Under the pieces are notes generated by a model. It ran no database searches. It worked only from the letters and a program-made list of their open reading frames with translations, and was not told where the DNA came from. A DNA stretch of 64,000 nt from Christensenellales bacterium (GTDB lineage Bacteria; Bacillota; Clostridia; Christensenellales; UBA1242): NCBI GenBank assembly GCA_051883495.1, contig JBJETV010000023.1, forward strand, positions 30,285-94,284, written 5' to 3'. Positions 9,611 through 18,975 of the stretch are shown in pieces. How positions within the stretch are numbered: the stretch's first letter is position 1; the number at the start of each line of letters is the position of its first letter. A program made the position numbers and the translations under genes.

Positions 9611-10151
9611 AGGCAAAAAGAATTCCAAATTTTCAGCCTTGTTTGATAAGCTGAAGAAGATTAAGCATCTTGATATTATATTGGTTGTTTTGTTTGTTGC
9701 CATAATTTTGCTAATATATTTTTCGTCCTTTGGCAAAGTAGATGCAAAGTCGGACACATCATATGGGACAACCACAGAAGCAACTTCTTTTGACAAATAT
9801 AGGACAAGCCTAGAGCAGAAGATAAAGGTGGCAGTTGAGTCATTGGAAAATGTGGACAAGGCAGAAGTGATATTGTATTTTGACAAGGGAATAGAAACTG
9901 TTATTGCATATACATACGAAACAAAAACCTTGCAAGATGGGACCAAACTGGAGACAAAAAGTCCTGTTTTGGTGCAAAACGGCAAGGAGCAAGAGGTTAT
10001 TGTGTTGCAAGAGATTATGCCACAACCAGTTTCGGTGATTGTAGTCGCAAAGGGGGCAAAAGATACAAATGTGAAATTGAAGATTTTACAATTATTGCAA
10101 GCGTTGTTTGAGATTAAGTCTTCGAATATAGAAATTTTTGCAGGAAATTAG
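9603..10151 (+). CDS. spoIIIAG: stage III sporulation protein AG
   Basis: 182 aa with a single N-terminal TM and a beta-rich C-terminal domain. Overlaps the AF stop by 8 nt. Operon position fits. Confidence 0.75.
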   Translation: MSEGKKNSKFSALFDKLKKIKHLDIILVVLFVAIILLIYFSSFGKVDAKSDTSYGTTTEATSFDKYRTSLEQKIKVAVESLENVDKAEVILYFDKGIETVIAYTYETKTLQDGTKLETKSPVLVQNGKEQEVIVLQEIMPQPVSVIVVAKGAKDTNVKLKILQLLQALFEIKSSNIEIFAGN

Positions 10152-10170
10152 TTTTTGGGAGGTATTTGTA

Positions 10171-10650
10171 ATGTCAAAAAAGAAGAAAATTATTGTGTTT
10201 GTTTGTATGTTGTGTTTGCTTGTCGTAACAGGTGTGATGAATGTTGTTCTAAACAAGAGTATAGATGCTACCGCTGTAAGTGGTGGCGGAGAAGTAACCA
10301 CAGCCTCTTTTTTCACCACAAGCAGATTGGACAAAACTACTACTAGAAACGAAGCCATATCTCAATACAAAGAAATATTGGCCAGTTTAACAAGTTCTGA
10401 AGAAGCCAAAACCAATGCTGAGGCAAAAATAAACGCATTGGTAGAAGCAATGTCTATGGAAACAACTATGGAAGGATTGATAAAAGCAAAAGGATTTAGT
10501 GATGCACTTGTCAATTATTCCTCAACTTATATCAATGTAATTCTAAAGAGTGCAGAACTAACAGAAGATGAAGTTGCAAAGGTTGTGGATGTAATTCAGT
10601 CGCAGACCAATAGAGATATTGACTATATTAAAATTATTCCAGTAGAATAA
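10171..10650 (+). CDS. spoIIIAH: stage III sporulation protein AH
   Basis: Tracked ORF trimmed to ATG 10171 after GGGAGG. N-terminal TM (KKKKIIVFVCMLCLLVV). Last gene of the operon. Confidence 0.72.
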   Translation: MSKKKKIIVFVCMLCLLVVTGVMNVVLNKSIDATAVSGGGEVTTASFFTTSRLDKTTTRNEAISQYKEILASLTSSEEAKTNAEAKINALVEAMSMETTMEGLIKAKGFSDALVNYSSTYINVILKSAELTEDEVAKVVDVIQSQTNRDIDYIKIIPVE

Positions 10651-10908
10651 AATATCGATATTAAGGCAGTAAAATAACTCAAAACATATTGAATATTATG
10701 CCAAAAATCTATTTTTAGTAGGGAAATCTTGGGCTTAATTAAGGCTATAAAATATGAATATATCTTTATAAAGTTGATAAAACAAACACATACAATGTCA
10801 AAAAGGCTCCTCTTAGATTGGGGAGTTTTTTTGATGTAAGTGTGAAAATTTGATTGCATAATTTCTTTGCTCGTGTTATACTAATGGCGTTATAAAGGGG
10901 AATAGTGT

Positions 10909-11289
10909 ATGTTTGGCAAAGAAGTGTTTGAAAAAAACGATGATGGAAAGGTTTATTGTGGCAAAAATATTATGCTGTCAATCATCAATTTGTCTGCAAA
11001 AGAGATAAGTGGTGTTTCATCTCTTTGCAATGACTTTGCAAGCAGGTTCAAAAGATTCTTTTCGAGCAATTACTTTGAGGGAGTAAAGGTTTCTTACACT
11101 CAAGGGAAAAACTTGGTTATTGATATTTATCTCAAGGTGTATTTTGGGTATAGTGTTGCAGATGTAGCATATCGTGTACAAGAAAATGTAAAAAATGGCA
11201 TTTCAAACATGATTGATGCCAAAATAGAAAGCATAAACATTCATGTTATGGGTGTGGAATTTTCGAGAGAGGACCTTGCAAAATACTAG
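10909..11289 (+). CDS. Asp23/Gls24-family alkaline shock protein (YqhY-like)
   Basis: 126 aa. Position before nusB as in B. subtilis yqhY. Promoter TTGCAT, 17-nt spacer, TGt-TATACT just upstream. Confidence 0.7.
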   Translation: MFGKEVFEKNDDGKVYCGKNIMLSIINLSAKEISGVSSLCNDFASRFKRFFSSNYFEGVKVSYTQGKNLVIDIYLKVYFGYSVADVAYRVQENVKNGISNMIDAKIESINIHVMGVEFSREDLAKY

Positions 11290-11330
11290 GATATTTTAGT
11301 TTGTGGTCGTGTGGATAGTAAGGAGAATAA

Positions 11331-11744
11331 ATGAGCAGAACAGAAGCAAGAGAATGTGGGTTTAAGATGATATATCAGTCGTTTTTCAACAATCAAACGA
11401 ATGTTGAATCTTTTTTTGACAGCGAAAACACCCAAAATGATGTTTCTGATACTGAAGTTTTGGCTGATGAACTGCAATTTGCAAACAATATTTTTTCAAA
11501 TTATAAAGAAAATCAAAAGGAAGTGGAGGAAAAACTTCAAAATAACCTAAAAAATGGGTTGAAATTGTCTGACATATATTCTCTGGACAAGGCAATACTT
11601 TTTGCAACCATTGTTCAAATTGACTACTTGCACGAACCGTTGGGGTTGGCAATCAATGAGGCGGTGCGAATTGCCAAAAAATATTCAACAGACAAAAGTT
11701 CAAAGTTTGTCAACGGTGTCTTGTCCTCAATTTATAAGGGATAA
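11331..11744 (+). CDS. nusB: transcription antitermination factor NusB
   Basis: 137 aa starting MSRTEARECGFKMIYQ. C-terminal FVNGVL motif. Confidence 0.88.
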   Translation: MSRTEARECGFKMIYQSFFNNQTNVESFFDSENTQNDVSDTEVLADELQFANNIFSNYKENQKEVEEKLQNNLKNGLKLSDIYSLDKAILFATIVQIDYLHEPLGLAINEAVRIAKKYSTDKSSKFVNGVLSSIYKG

Positions 11745-11759
11745 AGCGCCTATTAGGAT

Positions 11760-12944
11760 GTGCGTATGTTAAGAACTCTCAGTGTGACAGAATTGTCCAC
11801 ATATGTTTCTAATATTTTTGAAATGGAGGAACTTCTGCACGGAGTAAGTGTAGTGGGTGAGGTTTCTGGCTTAAGTTTCGTTAGAGGAAACTTATTTTTT
11901 TCATTGAAGGACGAAAATTGCATTTTGCCATGTGTTATGTTTGGGGTAAATGGTTGCAACATAAAAGAGGGGGATAGTGTTGTTGCAAAGGGCAGTGTAA
12001 AATATTATGGCAAGAGTGGAAAATTAAATTTTTATGTAACTGCGGTTGCACCTGCGGGGAATGGTGTTCTTTATCAAAAGTTTTTGGAAATGAAGGAAAA
12101 ACTGGAAAAAGAAGGAATTTTTGATAAAAAATACAAAAAGCCTCTCCCCAAGAATATCAAAACGATTGGTGTAATCACCAGTGCTACGGGTGCGGTATTG
12201 CATGACATAGAAAGGATTGCACACAGGCGAAACCCCTTGCTAAATATTATTGTTTATCCGGCAAAGGTGCAAGGTGTTGGGGCAGAGCAAACCATTTGCA
12301 GAGGGTTAAGGGCTTTGGATAAAATAGATGAGATTGATGTTGTTATTATTGCTCGTGGTGGTGGTTCAATAGAAGATTTATCTCCGTTTAATACCGAAAT
12401 CCTTGCAAGAGAGATTGTGGCGACAAATAAACCTGTTGTGTCTGCAGTGGGGCATGAAACAGACTTTACCATATGTGATTTTGCGTCATCTATTAGGGCT
12501 TCCACTCCGTCTGAATCGGCGGAACTGGTCGCAAGAGATGTTATGGAAGATGTTAGGAAGATGACAAGTCTTTTGGATAGGATTGTGTATCTATCTTTTA
12601 ATATCTTGGAAGATAAATTTAAGTTTGTTGATACCGGCACAATTAGAATGTGTGATTTGTTTGACAAAAAAATAAAATCAGCCGACAAGTTATTAAGCAA
12701 GTCGGTATCGAAGTTGACAGCAGTAAAGAGATTTGATAAAGTGGCTCAAAAAGTGGAACTGCTAAGCAACAAACTTATGTTGCTGGACCCAAGTAATTAT
12801 GCCAAACATGGTTGGGTTAAGGTTACAAAGGCTGGCAAAGTGGTAAAATCTGCGAGTGGTGTAAGAATTGGACAAGAACTAAATATTGAATTTGTCGATG
12901 GGCAAGTGTTGTCTAAAGTTTTGGAGGTTAAAAATGAACTTTGA
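11760..12944 (+). CDS. xseA: exodeoxyribonuclease VII large subunit
   Basis: 394 aa with an N-terminal OB fold (LSVTELSTYVSNIFE...GEVSG) and the catalytic region ARGGGSIEDL. Confidence 0.9.
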   Translation: MRMLRTLSVTELSTYVSNIFEMEELLHGVSVVGEVSGLSFVRGNLFFSLKDENCILPCVMFGVNGCNIKEGDSVVAKGSVKYYGKSGKLNFYVTAVAPAGNGVLYQKFLEMKEKLEKEGIFDKKYKKPLPKNIKTIGVITSATGAVLHDIERIAHRRNPLLNIIVYPAKVQGVGAEQTICRGLRALDKIDEIDVVIIARGGGSIEDLSPFNTEILAREIVATNKPVVSAVGHETDFTICDFASSIRASTPSESAELVARDVMEDVRKMTSLLDRIVYLSFNILEDKFKFVDTGTIRMCDLFDKKIKSADKLLSKSVSKLTAVKRFDKVAQKVELLSNKLMLLDPSNYAKHGWVKVTKAGKVVKSASGVRIGQELNIEFVDGQVLSKVLEVKNEL

Positions 12945-13134
12945 AGAAAAATGTGATAGACTGCAAGAAATTGTCAAAAGTCTAGAAAAAGGTGAAGTTG
13001 GGCTAAAAGATGCTACAAAACTTTTTGAAGAAGGGGTTAATATTGCAAAAGAATGTCAAAAGGAACTAGAAGAGTCTAGGGGGAAGTTGACTATTTTGAA
13101 AAATGAACTTGACTCTTTTGAAGATGAGGAATAG
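12934..13134 (+). CDS. xseB: exodeoxyribonuclease VII small subunit
   Basis: Tracked ORF trimmed to ATG 12934 after GGAGG. 66-aa helical protein (FEEKCDRLQEIVKSLEKGEVGL). Overlaps the xseA end. Confidence 0.88.
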   Translation: MNFEEKCDRLQEIVKSLEKGEVGLKDATKLFEEGVNIAKECQKELEESRGKLTILKNELDSFEDEE

Positions 13135-13160
13135 AATATTAAAAGTGAAGGAAGATTAAG

Positions 13161-14861
13161 ATGAAATTTAGCAAATTGGTTGCAGAAAGAACAAAAGAAA
13201 CTCCAAGTGATGCAAAGATGAAAAATCACATCTTGCTAATTAGGGCAGGATATATGAAACAGGTGGCAAATGGTATCTGGACACTTACAGCACTTGGGCA
13301 AAAAGCATGCAATAATATAGAAAATATTATTCGTGATGAAATGAATAAAGTAGATGGGCAAGAAGTAAAATTCCCAGTGGTAATGCCAAAAGAGTTGTGG
13401 GATATGAGTGGAAGATACTCCTCCATAGGCAGTGAAATGGTAAGGTTTGTAGATAGAACAGGGCATCCACTCCTTTTGGGTATGACACACGAAGAAGCGG
13501 CCGTTCATCTTGCCAAAAACTGGGTAAAAAGTTACACTCAACTGCCTTGCATGATTTATCAAATTCAAACCAAATTTCGTGATGAGGCAAGGAGCAGAGG
13601 TGGGCTTATACGAGTGAGAGAATTTGTTATGAAAGACGCATATTCATTTCACACCACACAAGAGGATTTGGAAGATTATTATTATAAGGTTCACCAGTCA
13701 TACGAAAACATTTACCACAGAATTGGACTCAAAAACTTTATTTCTGTGCAGAGTGACAACGGGATGTTTGGTGGAAATATGTCCCATGAGTTTATGTTTA
13801 TAAATGATATGGGAGAAGATGAACTGGTCATATGTGAGCATTGTGGTTATAGGGCAAATCAAGAGGTTGCAGATTGTGTGTATGGTGAAACTTGTCCCGA
13901 AGACAAACTCCCATTAGAACTTGTTGATACAGGGGAAGCAAAAACTATTGAAGAGGTAAGCAAATTCTTTGGGGTAGATAGTAGCAAGTGTATCAAGGCG
14001 GTGGCTTATGCAATAAAAGGTGAAAAGGGATATGTATTGGCTTTTGTGCGTGGGGATAAGGAGGTAAACGAAACAAAACTCAGAAAACTGGTTGGCAAAG
14101 AAGTTGTGCCATTTGAAGCAAGAGAACAAGATGGCTTTGTCGCTGGCAATATTGGCCCAAAAGACTTGGACATTGCAAACTGTGAGGTTTATTACGATAA
14201 CAGTCTAAAAAACATTTCAAATGCAATTATTGGAGCAAACAAACCAAATTGCCATTATAAAAACTTCAACTTTGAAAGAGATATGAAGGGAGTTCAGTTT
14301 GTTGATATATCTAAGGTGAAAGAGGGAGAAATCTGTCCTGAATGTGGTGCGCCAGTAACTATTAAACATGGCATTGAAATAGGCAATATCTTCCAACTTG
14401 GCACTAAATATACAAAGAGTATGGGTATGTTTGTCCACAGCAAAGACGGGCAAGAAATAAACCCAATTATGGGTTGTTATGGCATTGGAGTAGGCAGAAA
14501 TCTAGCCTGTGTGGTGGAAGAAAATAGTGATGACAAGGGTATTTGTATGCCTATAAGCATTGCTCCTTATAAGGTTAATATTGTGCCATTGAGATATGAT
14601 GACAGCAATGTAAAAGAAGTTGCTGACAATTTGTATCAAACTCTTCAATCCGCTGGCATTGAAACCTTGATTGACGACCGAGATTGCGCCCCTGGTGTAA
14701 AATTTGCAGATGCTGACCTTATTGGAATGCCAATAAGAGTAGTAGTTAGCCCACGAGGACTTGCAGAAGGGAATGTAGAAATAAAACTTCGCAAGACGGG
14801 CGAAACTATTATTGTTGCTAAAGATAAATGTATTGACAAAATAATGCAACTTATCAAATAA
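13161..14861 (+). CDS. proS: prolyl-tRNA synthetase (bacterial type with insertion/editing domain)
   Basis: 566 aa with class II motifs (FRDEARSRGGLIRVREFVMKDAYSF) and an inserted domain. No T-box, since only 26 nt lie upstream. Confidence 0.93.
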   Translation: MKFSKLVAERTKETPSDAKMKNHILLIRAGYMKQVANGIWTLTALGQKACNNIENIIRDEMNKVDGQEVKFPVVMPKELWDMSGRYSSIGSEMVRFVDRTGHPLLLGMTHEEAAVHLAKNWVKSYTQLPCMIYQIQTKFRDEARSRGGLIRVREFVMKDAYSFHTTQEDLEDYYYKVHQSYENIYHRIGLKNFISVQSDNGMFGGNMSHEFMFINDMGEDELVICEHCGYRANQEVADCVYGETCPEDKLPLELVDTGEAKTIEEVSKFFGVDSSKCIKAVAYAIKGEKGYVLAFVRGDKEVNETKLRKLVGKEVVPFEAREQDGFVAGNIGPKDLDIANCEVYYDNSLKNISNAIIGANKPNCHYKNFNFERDMKGVQFVDISKVKEGEICPECGAPVTIKHGIEIGNIFQLGTKYTKSMGMFVHSKDGQEINPIMGCYGIGVGRNLACVVEENSDDKGICMPISIAPYKVNIVPLRYDDSNVKEVADNLYQTLQSAGIETLIDDRDCAPGVKFADADLIGMPIRVVVSPRGLAEGNVEIKLRKTGETIIVAKDKCIDKIMQLIK

Positions 14862-14883
14862 CAATACAATCAATTTATATGCA

Positions 14884-14912
14884 AAAATCGGTCAACCATG
14901 GCCGATTTTTTT
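14884..14912 (+). terminator. intrinsic terminator after proS
   Basis: Stem AAAATCGG 14884-14891 / CCGATTTT 14902-14909 plus a T-run. Confidence 0.75.
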
Positions 14913-14942
14913 CTAATTTCAAAACATATTGAATATACATAT

Positions 14943-15560
14943 ATGATGAGAAAATTTGGTTTTGAAAAAGAAAAAAGAAGGACTGGTGTTTTATCTAGCA
15001 CTAGGGGTAAGTGGTTGTGGGTTACAAAGATAAGTTTGCTAGCCTTTTCTGTTTCGTTGTTTTTAAGTTTATTGTCTAGTCTTGTATTAGAAAGAAGTGG
15101 GCTTATTGTCGCAATTTTTCTGTTGCTTATTTTTCTGTCGCTGAATGTCTTATCAGATATGATTGGGCTGGCAATAACTTCCTGTCAAATGGAATCACTA
15201 AAGAAAATCGACAACCTCGAAGTGCAAAAGAAGTGCCTTATGTTAGTGAGAAACAGCGACAAGGTGTCGTCAATTTTGTGTGATGTGATTGGGGATATTT
15301 GCGGAATTTTGTGTGGAGTAAGCGGAACGATAGTTACAGCATATTGCGTTGTCAAAATAGAAATAATTAGCCTTGAGATATTTGTTGGGGCAGGGGTGAG
15401 CGCCATTATTGCAGGACTAACGGTTTTGTTTAAGGCTATTTCCAAAAATTATGCCGTAAAAAATTCCGAAAAAATTGTGAAAAAAGTTGGTGCTTTTTTG
15501 TGTCTTAAAAAACGAAAATCAAAATTGAAACAAGAGAAGTTTTCCAATGATAAGAAATGA
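14943..15560 (+). CDS. membrane protein, possibly DUF21/CNNM-type transmembrane domain only
   Basis: Start moved to ATG 14943 because the tracked start lies inside the proS terminator. Four predicted TM helices. The segment LAITSCQMESLKK...LVRNSDKVSSILCDVIGDICG loosely follows the DUF21 pattern. Confidence 0.4.
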   Translation: MMRKFGFEKEKRRTGVLSSTRGKWLWVTKISLLAFSVSLFLSLLSSLVLERSGLIVAIFLLLIFLSLNVLSDMIGLAITSCQMESLKKIDNLEVQKKCLMLVRNSDKVSSILCDVIGDICGILCGVSGTIVTAYCVVKIEIISLEIFVGAGVSAIIAGLTVLFKAISKNYAVKNSEKIVKKVGAFLCLKKRKSKLKQEKFSNDKK

Positions 15561-15755
15561 ATAATGCCAATTCTACAAATTGGAGAGTTGAAGGAATATA
15601 TCATAATTTTTGATTGAATAAAACCTGTTTTGACGATGAAATTGAAAGTGAACAAAGGCTAGAAGTGTGATAATAAGCGGAAAGTATGGGTTTGACTGGC
15701 TATACAATTTGTTATTTATTATTATAAATATTTGTGCATAAATATAAAAAATACC

Positions 15756-15807
15756 TATGAATAAATATTCAAAAATCGCTTGCATAAATATAAAAAATAT
15801 GTATAAT
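15756..15807 (+). promoter_or_regulatory. argR promoter with ARG box
   Basis: TATGAATAAATATTCAAA at 15756-15773 fits the ARG box consensus TnTGAATwwwwATTCAnw. Promoter TTGCAT 15780-15785, 16-nt spacer, TATAAT 15802-15807. A half-box ATGAATAAGCATCA follows at 15821-15834. Confidence 0.65.
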
Positions 15808-15847
15808 TGTTCGTGCAATCATGAATAAGCATCAAGGAGGATTTGAT

Positions 15848-16303
15848 ATGGCACGAAGTAGCAGACAGTCAAAGATTTTGGAGATTATATCTACAAATGA
15901 GGTAGAAACTCAAGAGGATTTAGTAGCAAGGCTTAGAGCTTGCAACTTTGATGTAACGCAGGCAACTATCAGCAGAGATATAAAGGAATTGGGGCTGATA
16001 AAAACTCTTTCTACAGAAAGTGGTAAATATAAATATTCCTACACTGATTCTACAACTCAAACCTCCAACAAATATATCTATATGTTAAAAGAGTCGGTAA
16101 TCTCCTCTCGCACGATAAAAAATTTTGTCCTTATCAAAACTCTAAAGGGGTTGGCAAATGGCATTTGCAGTGTGATAAACAGGTTGAACATAGAAGATTT
16201 GCTTGGTGCTACATATGGTGAAGATACTGTTATGCTAATTTTTGAGGACAATGCAACGGCAGAGTATTCTCGCACAAAACTTGATGCAATTATCAATTCC
16301 TAA
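15848..16303 (+). CDS. argR: arginine repressor
   Basis: Tracked ORF trimmed to ATG 15848 after GGAGGA. Winged-helix N-terminus (SRQSKILEIISTNEVETQEDLV...TQATISRDIKELGL). Upstream of recN as in B. subtilis ahrC-recN. Confidence 0.9.
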   Translation: MARSSRQSKILEIISTNEVETQEDLVARLRACNFDVTQATISRDIKELGLIKTLSTESGKYKYSYTDSTTQTSNKYIYMLKESVISSRTIKNFVLIKTLKGLANGICSVINRLNIEDLLGATYGEDTVMLIFEDNATAEYSRTKLDAIINS

Positions 16304-16469
16304 TGCTTTGAAATAATTTTTTTAGGAAAAACCATTTTCTTACTATCTAACATTATTTTAGATTTTCCGGTTGTTCTTATAGTCAAATGACTTAGATTTT
16401 AGTTAAGGCAAACACTAATTAAATAATTTAGATAAGTTAGACTTTAATTAAATAAATTAGTTTTATTCG

Positions 16470-16565
16470 TTTTTACAAATTAGGTTTTATTTGCTTTTTA
16501 CAAATTAGATTTTTAATTTTACAAATTAGGTTTTATTTGCTTTTACAATTTAGATTTTATTTTTT
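16470..16565. repeat. degenerate tandem repeat, TTTTACAAATTAG(G/A)TTTT units
   Basis: TACAA(A)TT cores at 16474, 16499, 16520 and 16544. Alternating A-B-A-B units give a super-period of 45-46 bp. Confidence 0.8.
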
Positions 16566-16632
16566 ATCCGTTTTTATTTCTTGTTAAGCAACTCTACATT
16601 TATTAAATAGTTTTATGTATTTTATAATCTTT

Positions 16633-16656
16633 ACCAGATAGTTATCTGGTTTTTTA
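16633..16656 (+). terminator. terminator-like hairpin in the argR-recN spacer
   Basis: Palindrome ACCAGATA / TATCTGGT followed by TTTTT, located 330 nt after the argR stop. Confidence 0.55.
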
Positions 16657-16710
16657 TTTATTTGGCTTGTTATTTTTTTTATTTTGTGCTAACATTTTAT
16701 TGGAGAAAAT

Positions 16711-18405
16711 ATGTTAAGAACTTTGGACATTGAAAACGTTGCTCTCATTGACCGCTTGACATTGGAACTTGGCTCTGGGCTAAATGTTCTCAGTGGTGAA
16801 ACGGGTGCAGGTAAGAGTATCATTATAGACTCGCTGAATTTTGTTTTGGGTGGTAAGGCAGACAAGCACCTTATTTCACAAGGCAAAAACTTTATGCGTG
16901 TAACTGCATTGTTTGAGGGCGAATTGTCCGAATCTCTTAGGGCAGAAATGTTGTCACAAGGGTTTGATGACTGTGAGCAGGTGATTATTTCTCGAAGATT
17001 TAGTGCTGACGGCAAAGGCGACATAAGGATAAATGGCACACCTGTTACACAATCTATGCTAAAGGCAATCACTTCACTTTTGGTGGATATTCATGGGCAA
17101 CACGAACACCAACATCTCCTTAAGGACAAGTTTCATCTAGAAATAATAGATGGTTTTATAAAAAACAAAAAACTATTCGAGCAATACACCACACTTTTGC
17201 TAGAATTAAAACAGTTGAATACAAAGATAGCAAAACTTAATGGTTCAACTGACAATCAAGAGAGATTGCTTGATCTTTTGGATTATCAAATAAAGGAAAT
17301 CGAATCATCAAGTCTAAAAATTGGGGAAGATGAGGAACTTGCAAGCAAAAAACTTGTTATGCAAAACTCCGAAAAGATTTATGACGCATTGACTAATTGT
17401 TTCGAATTGTTGGACAATGTTGCAGACAACGTGAAAAAAGCCCATTCCTCCCTAAATTCCATTGCAAAATTTGATGGGGAATTTCCTCCGCTTGCCGAAA
17501 GGTTGCAAAGTGTCAAATTTGAAATTATGGACATTGCAAACACCGTTAAGGATAAAAAGCAAGAGTGTGCATTTGACCAATACGAATTTGACAGAATTGA
17601 CGAGAGATTGGACAAAATCAAAACAATCAAGCGAAAATATGGGGCAACGATAGACGAGGTTTTGCAGTTTTTGGAAAAATGCAAGGTGGACTACAACGAA
17701 ATTATTTCCAGCAAGGATATCCTAAAAAATCTCCTTGCAAAAAAGAAAACTTTGCTTGAACAACTTGTGTTTGAATCTCAAAAAATAAGCTTTGAAAGGC
17801 GAAAAGTTGCTAGAGAGTTTGAAACGAGAGTGATAAACGAGTTGGCAGACTTGGGAATGAAAAACGCAAGATTTGTTGTAGATTTTGAGGATAATCCAAC
17901 ATTAGAAAACATAGAATCTCGCCTCAAAAATAGTGGAACTGACACTGTGAAGTTTATGTTTTCTGCAAACAAAGGTCAAGACCTCAAGCCTCTTGCAGAG
18001 ATAATCTCTGGCGGAGAAGCAAGCCGATTTATGCTGGCGCTAAAAAATATCCTTGCCGAAAACGACCAAATTAATCTTATGGTTTTTGACGAGATAGACA
18101 CTGGGATAAGCGGAGAAATGGGTTATATGGTCGCTTGCAAGTTGGCAAATATTTCCGCAAAGCATCAAGTAGTGTCGGTGTCGCATTTGCCACAAATTTG
18201 TGCTATGGCAGATAGAAATATTAAGGTAGAGAAGTTTGACCAAAACGGCAAAACCTGTGTGAGAGCCTTTGCATTAAGTGATGACGAAACATTACAGGAG
18301 ATTGCAAGGTTATCTGGTGGGGCAAAGCAAAGTGAAGTGTCTGCAAAACATGCAATGGAATTGCGCAATAGGTGCAATACATACAAAAAAATTGAAACTA
18401 AATAA
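16711..18405 (+). CDS. recN: DNA repair protein RecN
   Basis: 564 aa with an SMC-like N-terminal Walker A (GETGAGKS), a coiled-coil centre, and a C-terminal signature/Walker B (SGGEASR, MVFDEIDTG). Confidence 0.93.
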   Translation: MLRTLDIENVALIDRLTLELGSGLNVLSGETGAGKSIIIDSLNFVLGGKADKHLISQGKNFMRVTALFEGELSESLRAEMLSQGFDDCEQVIISRRFSADGKGDIRINGTPVTQSMLKAITSLLVDIHGQHEHQHLLKDKFHLEIIDGFIKNKKLFEQYTTLLLELKQLNTKIAKLNGSTDNQERLLDLLDYQIKEIESSSLKIGEDEELASKKLVMQNSEKIYDALTNCFELLDNVADNVKKAHSSLNSIAKFDGEFPPLAERLQSVKFEIMDIANTVKDKKQECAFDQYEFDRIDERLDKIKTIKRKYGATIDEVLQFLEKCKVDYNEIISSKDILKNLLAKKKTLLEQLVFESQKISFERRKVAREFETRVINELADLGMKNARFVVDFEDNPTLENIESRLKNSGTDTVKFMFSANKGQDLKPLAEIISGGEASRFMLALKNILAENDQINLMVFDEIDTGISGEMGYMVACKLANISAKHQVVSVSHLPQICAMADRNIKVEKFDQNGKTCVRAFALSDDETLQEIARLSGGAKQSEVSAKHAMELRNRCNTYKKIETK

Positions 18406-18458
18406 TAAAGAGAATGAAACTAAATAATAAAAAAAATGAAACTAAAAAATAGAAAAAA
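18393..18458. repeat. 22-nt tandem triplication spanning the recN stop codon
   Basis: TGAAACTAAATAATAAAGAGAA / TGAAACTAAATAATAAAAAAAA / TGAAACTAAAAAATAGAAAAAA at 18393, 18415 and 18437. Confidence 0.9.
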
Positions 18459-18491
18459 GACTGACGACAGACTATTTGCCGTCAGTTTTTG
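18459..18491 (+). terminator. intrinsic terminator after recN
   Basis: Stem GACTGACG / CGTCAGT followed by TTTTT. Confidence 0.7.
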
Positions 18492-18793
18492 CGTTATTAT
18501 GAAAAATTTGCGAAAAATATTGTTATTTCCTTGACAAAATACAAATAAAATGCGAATAATAAATATAGAAAAATTTTAGTTGAAAGGGGAGAGAAGATGA
18601 CTCGCAGGGAAAGATTTGTGCTGTGGCTCAACAAAGTGGGCAGAGGGTGCAACCGAATAACAATATGTGTGCTATACATAACCACCATGTTAATCCTTGC
18701 TACACTTATCTTTGGCGCAACCCAGCAAAAAGCCACTTCAAACATCACTGTAACCTACTCCAGACCCTCATACACCGTTACTTTTGACCCACA

Positions 18794-18805
18794 GGGGGGG
18801 GGGGG
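18794..18805 (+). repeat. poly-G homopolymer (G12) inside the coding sequence
   Basis: Counted directly in the sequence: acaGGGGGGGGGGGGtatct. Confidence 0.95.
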
Positions 18806-18975
18806 TATCTCCCAGCACTAAAACCGTCAAATTAGGCGATAATTACGGTGATTTGCCCACTCCAACAAGGACTGGTTACTCTTTTAATAACTGGCAAACA
18901 TCAGACGGCACAACAGTAACATCCACCACCCAAAATACTACTATTGGCGACCATACTCTTACTGCCAGTTGGACC

